Assembly (NCBI RefSeq): GCF_000253055.1
Contig: NC_016070.1
Span: 870,001-902,000 of the forward strand
Source: Thermoproteus tenax Kra 1
GTDB taxonomy: Archaea > Thermoproteota > Thermoprotei > Thermoproteales > Thermoproteaceae
DNA length: 32,000 bases
Direction of reading: 5' to 3'
How positions within the stretch are numbered: position 1 is the first letter of the stretch; each line of letters opens with the position of its first letter. The notes beneath the pieces were generated by a model. The model ran no database searches, was not told the DNA's origin, and saw only the letters and a program-made list of their open reading frames with translations. Position numbers and translations under genes: made by a program. Below are positions 26,233-32,000 of this stretch, piece by piece.

Positions 26233-27458
26233 CTTTTTCTGGCCGCCTCCTCAAGCCTCCTCTGGCACTCCTCAAGTCTGCTTTTGATCTCAGCCACTGC
26301 CGCCTCCCTCAATAACAGAGATCTGTAGAAGGAGAGTATCTCCCTCTCCTGCTCCAAGAGCCTCTTCTGCCACTCGGCCAACCTAGCCTCCTCCTCCATT
26401 AGCCTCCTTGCGAAGGGCGCCAGTCCATCCATCAATTCCCTCTCCTTCTGGCGGACATACTCCTCCATCTTGGCGTACTCGGCCTCCTTGCTCTTGAGGG
26501 CCTCCTCAATGTTCTTGTACTTTTCCACAAGCTCCTCGAGCTCCTTCTTCTTGCCCTCTACCCGCCTCTCGTACTCCTCCAGCTCTGCCCTCTTGGCCTC
26601 AAGTTGGCGTATCAGCTCGGCGGCTTCTCTGCCCTTAGCCTCCAAATCTCTCGCCCGCGCCTCCCTCTGCTCCAGCTCTGCCCTCTTGGCCTCTAGCTCT
26701 TGTTGTAGCTTCTTTAGCTCTAGGTCGCGCCTAAGTACGTCCTCCTCCCTCTCCTTGAGGCGCCTTTCCCTATCCTCCAGCTCTTGGATTAAGGCCGTAT
26801 ATCTGTTTATGGCCGACCTCAGCTCATCCAGTGCGGGCCTCGCAGAGGTGGAGAGCTCGGCCAGCTTCTTGAGCTCCTGGGCTAAGGCCTCTACCTCTCC
26901 CTCCCTCTTCTTGAGCGCCTCCTCTCTGGCCTTAAGCTCCGCCTCGCGGTACGCCAGCTGTCTGACTTTGCCGTCGTAGTCTTGGAGCCGCGCCGTCAAC
27001 TCCTTAGTCAGCTCCAACATAGACGCCGCGATAGTCCTTATTTGGGCAGCGGAGTTGTTGAGGCTCTCGAGGAGGGCAGAGGCGTTCTGGAGCTTCGATA
27101 TTACGTCGTTGACTGAGGACAAAGAGGTCGACAAGGCGCCCGAAGCCTCTATAACGCTGTTGGCGGACTGGTTTAGCTTCGACATTACGTCGGCCAGCTC
27201 GCGCTGGCGCGAGGCCGCATCGGACATTTCTCTGACTATCTCATTCAATTTTGCTACACTGTCTATCAAGTCCCTTATGCTCCTAGAGATTAAGTTAGAC
27301 AGCCCGTCGACGGACTTCTTTATGTCGATGAGGCTGGCTCTGAGATCTGGAGGCACCGAGCCCTTTATTTCGTCAAGCTTGGAGCTTATTGAGGCCAAGG
27401 CGTTGTCTATCCTCGATACGACGTCCTCTAACCTCTTGGTGTCCTCCCTCCTGAACAC
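26229..27458 (-). CDS. Long coiled-coil protein, no ATPase motifs
   Basis: Extended heptad-rich sequence (VVSRIDNALASISSKLDEIKG...ELEQREARARDLEAKGREAAELIRQLEAKRAELEEYERR); no Walker A/B seen. Confidence 0.8.
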   Translation of the reverse strand: MFRREDTKRLEDVVSRIDNALASISSKLDEIKGSVPPDLRASLIDIKKSVDGLSNLISRSIRDLIDSVAKLNEIVREMSDAASRQRELADVMSKLNQSANSVIEASGALSTSLSSVNDVISKLQNASALLESLNNSAAQIRTIAASMLELTKELTARLQDYDGKVRQLAYREAELKAREEALKKREGEVEALAQELKKLAELSTSARPALDELRSAINRYTALIQELEDRERRLKEREEDVLRRDLELKKLQQELEAKRAELEQREARARDLEAKGREAAELIRQLEAKRAELEEYERRVEGKKKELEELVEKYKNIEEALKSKEAEYAKMEEYVRQKERELMDGLAPFARRLMEEEARLAEWQKRLLEQEREILSFYRSLLLREAAVAEIKSRLEECQRRLEEAARKS

Positions 27459-27483
27459 GCAGCTCTATGCTAACAGCTTTAAA

Positions 27484-27822
27484 TTATTTACGCATTTTCT
27501 CCAATATCTCTTGGAGGGCGGCCAAACGCTCCATCAGGGCCTCGCATGCAACATCCCTCCGTCTGAGTTCCTCCAGTAGTATATTCCTTTGGTATGCCAG
27601 CTCCTCCACAGCTCTCTCTACAATGGAGTTGGCCTTGTCTATCGCCTCTTGTAATCTAGATACAGTAATCTCCACATTGGGCGGCGTCTGAGGCCTCTGC
27701 GGGGCCTCGACTTTGGCCGAAAGGTCGGCGACTTGTTTGGAGAGGGCCGACAAACTCCGGCGTAGCTCGTCCAACTCCCTCAAGACCTCTTGAAGTATCT
27801 CCTCTGTCGGCAAGCTCTCCAT
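27484..27822 (-). CDS. Short coiled-coil protein
   Basis: LQEVLRELDELRRSLSALSKQVADLSAKVEAPQRPQTPPNVEITVSRLQEAIDKANSIVERAVEELAYQRNILLEELRR; 25 nt upstream of the long coiled-coil gene, same strand. Confidence 0.7.
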   Translation of the reverse strand: MESLPTEEILQEVLRELDELRRSLSALSKQVADLSAKVEAPQRPQTPPNVEITVSRLQEAIDKANSIVERAVEELAYQRNILLEELRRRDVACEALMERLAALQEILEKMRK

Positions 27823-27863
27823 GGCAGACAGTGGCGTTATCTTAATATAATTAACGTGGAGCC

Positions 27864-28547
27864 ATGGGGTTCATATCAAGAAAGGCGGTGGTGCTCGCTC
27901 GGTATGTGGACCACGCTGCAGTGATCTTGGGACCGACCACAATAGGAAGAGACGCAGTCGTCGACGCCGTAGTCATCGGCTATCCGACCCGCGGAAAGCT
28001 CCTAGGGAGCTTCGCGTCCATGGACGAGGTCAGTGAGGGCGCACGGATAGGGGACAGGGCTATAATCAGAGGAGGCTCCGTGATATACGAGAGAGTGGCG
28101 ATTGGGTCAGACGTCGAGCTGGGCCACAACGTGTTGATAAGAGAGGAGACTCAGATCGACGATGGCGTCAGAATAGGCACAGGGACTATAATAGAGAAGG
28201 GAGTAAAGATAGGGAGGAGCGCGTGGATACAGTCGATGGTCTATATACCTAACGGCACAATAATAGAGGAGGGGGTCTTCATAGGGCCCAACGCTGTTAT
28301 TACAAACGACAAATATCCTCCGAGCAAGCGGCTCGACCCTGTGGTCATCAAGAGGGGTGCAGTGATAGGAGCGAACGCCACATTGGTGGCGGGGATCGAG
28401 ATAGGGGAGGGCTCCGTCGTGGCCGCTGGGGCCGTGGTCACGAGAGATGTGCCGCCCGGCGTAGTGGTGGCGGGGGTGCCTGCCCGCGAGATATCCAGAG
28501 TGGACGATTATCTGAAGAAGCGCGAGGCGTACGAGAGGGAGCCCTAG
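27864..28547 (+). CDS. Left-handed beta-helix hexapeptide acyltransferase
   Basis: Repeated hexapeptide motifs: [44 protein letters not shown]..., [26 protein letters not shown]. Confidence 0.88.
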   Translation: MGFISRKAVVLARYVDHAAVILGPTTIGRDAVVDAVVIGYPTRGKLLGSFASMDEVSEGARIGDRAIIRGGSVIYERVAIGSDVELGHNVLIREETQIDDGVRIGTGTIIEKGVKIGRSAWIQSMVYIPNGTIIEEGVFIGPNAVITNDKYPPSKRLDPVVIKRGAVIGANATLVAGIEIGEGSVVAAGAVVTRDVPPGVVVAGVPAREISRVDDYLKKREAYEREP

Positions 28548-30799
28548 AGCCCAACGATAGCCCTCCTCATCCTTTTCGACACCTCCTCGTACATCTTTAT
28601 ATCCTCCTTAGTCAACGACGGCGGTATCCTCTTGAGCGCCTCCTCGAAGTGTTGACGTGACACCGGCCTGGCGCCGCTGGCCCTCTCTCTTATTGTCTCC
28701 CTCAGAGCCAACATGGCGGCCTCGCGCACAAGCGCCGCTATGTCGGCGCCAGTGTAGCCCTCGGTCCTCTTGGCCAGCTCCTCCAGATCGACTACCTCCT
28801 CCTTCTTACATCTGCCCTCCTTCACGGCCGATGTATCGCATAATTTAACTCTCTTGGTGTGCACTTTGAAGATCTCCAACCTCGCCTTTTCGTCGGGCGG
28901 CGGGACGTAGATTATACGGTCGAAGCGGCCTGGCCTCAACAGGGCTGGATCCAAGATGTCGGGCCGGTTTGTGGCCGCCATGACTACTACGTTCTTCAGA
29001 GCGCCTATTCCGTCCATCTCCGCCAGCATCTGGTTCACGATTCTGTCAGTTACGCCAGAGTCGCCTAGGCGGGAGCCGCGGGCTGGAGCAATAGAGTCTA
29101 TCTCGTCGAAGAAGACTACGCATGGAGCAGCCATCCTGGCCCTCTTGAAGATCTCCCTAACCGCCTTCTCCGATTCGCCGACCCACTTGGAGAGGATCTC
29201 GGGCCCCCTCACGGCGATGAAGTTGGCGCCCGACTCTGTTGCCACCGCCTTGGCGAACATGGTCTTGCCCACGCCCGGAGGCCCGTACAAGAGTATCCCC
29301 TTGGGCGGCTCTATGCCGAGCTCGTCGAAATAGGGTCTATACTTCATGGGCCACTCAACGATCTCCCTCAGCTCCTGTTTTATGTTGTCGTAGCCGCCTA
29401 TGTCGTCCCAACGAACCTCGGGCACCTCTATGATCACTTCCCTTAAGACGGTGGGTTGTACGAACTTCATCGCCTCCATGAAGTCCGACATACCCACCTT
29501 GAGTTTGTTGAGCACCTCGGGCGGTATTGTCTCTTGGTCTAGGTCTACCAATCCCTTAGCCACAGCCTTCCTCAACGCAGACATGGCCGCCTCCTTGGCC
29601 AAGGCGGCTATGTCGGCCCCAGTGTAGCCGTGGGTCATCTCGGCGATTCTATCTAGGTCTACCTCATCGCCCTTGGCGCAGAGACCTAATTTGACGTCAT
29701 CGCTTGTGCACAACGGCATGTTCCTCGTGTGGACTTGGAGTATCTCGCGCCTAGCTCTCTTGTCCGGCATCGGTATCTGGATCTCTCTGTCGAACCTCCC
29801 GGGCCTCCTCAACGCCGGGTCCACGGCGTCGGGCCTATTCGTCGCGCCTATTACGACTATCTGCCCCCTCTCCTGCAGACCGTCCATCAGAGTCAACAGC
29901 TGGGCCACGACCCTCTTCTCGACCTCCCCCGTCACCTCCTCCCTCTTTGGGGCTATGGCGTCTATCTCGTCTATGAAGATTATGGCCGGGGCGTTCTTCT
30001 TGGCCTCCTCGAATATCTCCCTCAGCTTGGCCTCGGACTCGCCGTAGTATTTGGACATTATCTCGGGGCCGTTTATGGCTATGAAGTACGCGTTGGCCTC
30101 GTTGGCCACCGCCTTGGCGAGGAGGGTCTTGCCCACGCCCGGAGGCCCGTACAAGAGTATCCCCTTGGGCGGCTCTATGCCCAGATGTTTGAACAGCTCG
30201 GGGTGCCTCAGCGGGAGCTCCACTAGCTCCCTTATCTTCTGTTTCGCCTCCTCCAGATCGCCGATGTCCTCCCAAGTGACGCGAGGGATGGCCAGCTCGG
30301 TCTCCTTGACGGGCTCCTCCCTTACAGCCACGTCGGTGTCAACCGACACGTAGGCCGCCGGGCCTGGTTGCACTTGAACTACTACAAACCTTATGGAGCC
30401 GCCATAGAAGGGCACGTCTATGGCCTGTCCGCGCGTCACAGGCTTGCCCAGAAGGATCTGCTTCTTGAGGTACTCCGGGTCTACTCTGACGGGCTCCGTA
30501 GGGGCCAAGACTACCCTTTGGGCTGGCTTCAGCGAGACCCTCCTCACTTTGACCGTATCCCCTATGCCCACGCCAGCGTTCTGCCTTATCATGCCGTCCA
30601 TGCGTATTATGTCTTTGTCCTCGTCCTCAGGATAGGCCGGCCACACTTGCGCATAGGCCGTCTTGCGCCCCACGATCTCAACGTAGTCGCCCGGCTCTAC
30701 GCCGAGCTTCTTCATGACTCTTATCGGTATCCTAACTATCGAGCGCCCAACGTCGCGGGACTTCGCTTCGTATATGCGCAGAATGACCTCATCGGCCAT
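28544..30799 (-). CDS. cdc48: Cdc48/p97/VAT family double-AAA ATPase
   Basis: Two Walker A/B sets ([18 protein letters not shown] / [14 protein letters not shown]; [18 protein letters not shown] / [15 protein letters not shown]). N-domain [23 protein letters not shown]. Start 30799 or 30805; the track ORF runs to 30892. Confidence 0.95.
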   Translation of the reverse strand: MADEVILRIYEAKSRDVGRSIVRIPIRVMKKLGVEPGDYVEIVGRKTAYAQVWPAYPEDEDKDIIRMDGMIRQNAGVGIGDTVKVRRVSLKPAQRVVLAPTEPVRVDPEYLKKQILLGKPVTRGQAIDVPFYGGSIRFVVVQVQPGPAAYVSVDTDVAVREEPVKETELAIPRVTWEDIGDLEEAKQKIRELVELPLRHPELFKHLGIEPPKGILLYGPPGVGKTLLAKAVANEANAYFIAINGPEIMSKYYGESEAKLREIFEEAKKNAPAIIFIDEIDAIAPKREEVTGEVEKRVVAQLLTLMDGLQERGQIVVIGATNRPDAVDPALRRPGRFDREIQIPMPDKRARREILQVHTRNMPLCTSDDVKLGLCAKGDEVDLDRIAEMTHGYTGADIAALAKEAAMSALRKAVAKGLVDLDQETIPPEVLNKLKVGMSDFMEAMKFVQPTVLREVIIEVPEVRWDDIGGYDNIKQELREIVEWPMKYRPYFDELGIEPPKGILLYGPPGVGKTMFAKAVATESGANFIAVRGPEILSKWVGESEKAVREIFKRARMAAPCVVFFDEIDSIAPARGSRLGDSGVTDRIVNQMLAEMDGIGALKNVVVMAATNRPDILDPALLRPGRFDRIIYVPPPDEKARLEIFKVHTKRVKLCDTSAVKEGRCKKEEVVDLEELAKRTEGYTGADIAALVREAAMLALRETIRERASGARPVSRQHFEEALKRIPPSLTKEDIKMYEEVSKRMRRAIVGL

Positions 30800-30900
30800 G
30801 CTCATGGCCCTCCCCTGTCTATAAAAGCTTTCTTCATCGCGCCGGCGACTCTGCGCCAATGGCGGAGATGAGTTTTTAAGAGGAAGTCTCATTTACGTAT

Positions 30901-31425
30901 ATGTCCATCTTCGACGAAATCGACAGAATAATGAGAAGATGGCAGAGGTTCTTTGAAGACTTAGAGAAAGAGATCGACGAGGAGTTCAGACGCCTCGCCT
31001 CACAACAGTATCAGTCCCCAAGAAGGCCGCGGTTTTACTACTACGGTTTCGAGATAACTATGGGCCCGGACGGGAAGCCCGTCGTCAGAGAGTTCGGGAA
31101 CGTCAGAGGCAGGAAACAAGGAGGCATCGAGGTCGTCGACGAGATTGAACCGTTGACGGACGTCGTTGAGGACGATGGGAAAATAAGAGTCGTCGCCGAG
31201 ATGCCCGGGGTCGAGAAGGAGGATATAAAGGTGAGGCTCTCCAACGACAACAGAACACTGATAATAAGCGCCTCCGGTAAGGACAGAAAGTATTACAAAG
31301 AGATACCTCTGCCCGCCGAAGTGATCCCAGACAAGACCAAGGCCTCCTACAGAAACGGCGTTTTGACAGTGGAGCTTGAAAAGAAGGACAAGGGACGGGG
31401 CGGTTTCGAGATCAAAGTAGAGTAG
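30901..31425 (+). CDS. Small heat-shock protein (Hsp20/alpha-crystallin)
   Basis: RVVAEMPGVEKEDIKVRLSNDNRTLIISASG...YKEIPLPAEVIPDKTKASYRNGVLTVELEKK. TATA-like tttttaag about 25 nt upstream. Confidence 0.93.
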   Translation: MSIFDEIDRIMRRWQRFFEDLEKEIDEEFRRLASQQYQSPRRPRFYYYGFEITMGPDGKPVVREFGNVRGRKQGGIEVVDEIEPLTDVVEDDGKIRVVAEMPGVEKEDIKVRLSNDNRTLIISASGKDRKYYKEIPLPAEVIPDKTKASYRNGVLTVELEKKDKGRGGFEIKVE

Positions 31426-32000
31426 GCAGCTCCTGGGCCAACGCCTTGATGAGCTCCACTGCGTTTTTTAAGTCATCTAAGTGCACCATCTCGGCGGGGC
31501 TGTGGGCGTACTTGTTGGGTATGCCGATGGCCACGGCAAGCACGCCGGCTTGAACGAAAGCCGCCGCATCGGTGCCTCCCCCGCCTCCGCCTATTTGGAC
31601 CGGTATTCCCCTCCTCCTCGCTAAGTCTAGCACCGCCCTCGCCAAACGCGTCGCGTAGCCTCCGTAGTTATCAAACAGCCTTATCACGGGGCCCTTCCCG
31701 GGCTTAACTGGGCCGTTGACAGCGGGGTTGCAACACGCCATTGTGTCCACAACTACGGCGTACTTCACATCGAGCTTTCTCGAGATCCACTTGGCCCCCA
31801 CTAGCCCGACCTCTTCCTGAGTGGTCCACACAAATTTGGCATCTACCTCTCTCGACGCTGCCAACAACGCCCATGTGCCCGCTCTGTCGTCTAGAGACGG
31901 CGATGTCACAAAGCGCCCCGCGACGGCCGGCCTCTTCTCGAAGGCTATGGGCGTCAATGGGCCGAAGCCCAAGGACTCAAGCTCCTCCTTCGTCAAGCCG
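31412..32000 (-). CDS. M42 family metallo-aminopeptidase, 5' end beyond window edge
   Basis: TSPSLDDRAGTWALLAA, WTTQEEVGLVGAKWI, VDTMACCNP, GGGGGTDAAAF, NKYAHSPAEMVHLDDL. The track start is an internal TTG. Confidence 0.88.
   Translation of the reverse strand, partial: GLTKEELESLGFGPLTPIAFEKRPAVAGRFVTSPSLDDRAGTWALLAASREVDAKFVWTTQEEVGLVGAKWISRKLDVKYAVVVDTMACCNPAVNGPVKPGKGPVIRLFDNYGGYATRLARAVLDLARRRGIPVQIGGGGGGTDAAAFVQAGVLAVAIGIPNKYAHSPAEMVHLDDLKNAVELIKALAQELPTLL

Noticed and set aside
1-32000. CRISPR array, insertion sequence, toxin-antitoxin or defence island
   Set aside because: No regularly spaced repeats, transposase/integrase or Cas-like proteins were seen in the sequence or ORF track.

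Overview
This window comes from a hyperthermophilic crenarchaeon. Protein style, short TATA-to-ATG spacing and intron-rich tRNAs fit Thermoproteales (inference). Most of it is compact, ordinary coding sequence: a riboflavin-pathway cluster (1-1884); a housekeeping block (YkgJ-like, 2-hydroxyacid dehydrogenase, TrmO, NUDIX); a family III CoA-transferase; MarC; a MetE-like methionine synthase; an acyl-CoA / beta-oxidation-type island (9057-19906); aIF2-beta; TusA-like and DsrE-like proteins; RtcB; a short CorA-like protein; DUF1512; an uncharacterised surface/coiled-coil block (24370-27822); a hexapeptide acyltransferase; Cdc48/VAT; Hsp20; and an M42 peptidase at the right edge. The most interesting non-coding signals are: (1) divergent tRNA-Asp(GTC) and tRNA-Glu(CTC) genes, each interrupted after nucleotide 3 of the acceptor stem by a 20-nt intron with a bulge-helix-bulge fold whose central helix uses the 5' leader. 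Both leaders carry a full copy of the mature 5' acceptor strand (GCCCCGG) exactly 17 nt upstream of nucleotide 1. tRNA-Glu has a second, 18-nt D-loop intron. (2) A GC-rich ~350-nt segment without a credible gene between these tRNAs, possibly a structured ncRNA. (3) A hairpin-rich leader ending at the CoA-transferase start codon. (4) A perfect GTGTAAAC-N4-GTTTACAC palindrome directly upstream of the ribB TATA box. I see no CRISPR array, transposon or clear defence system.
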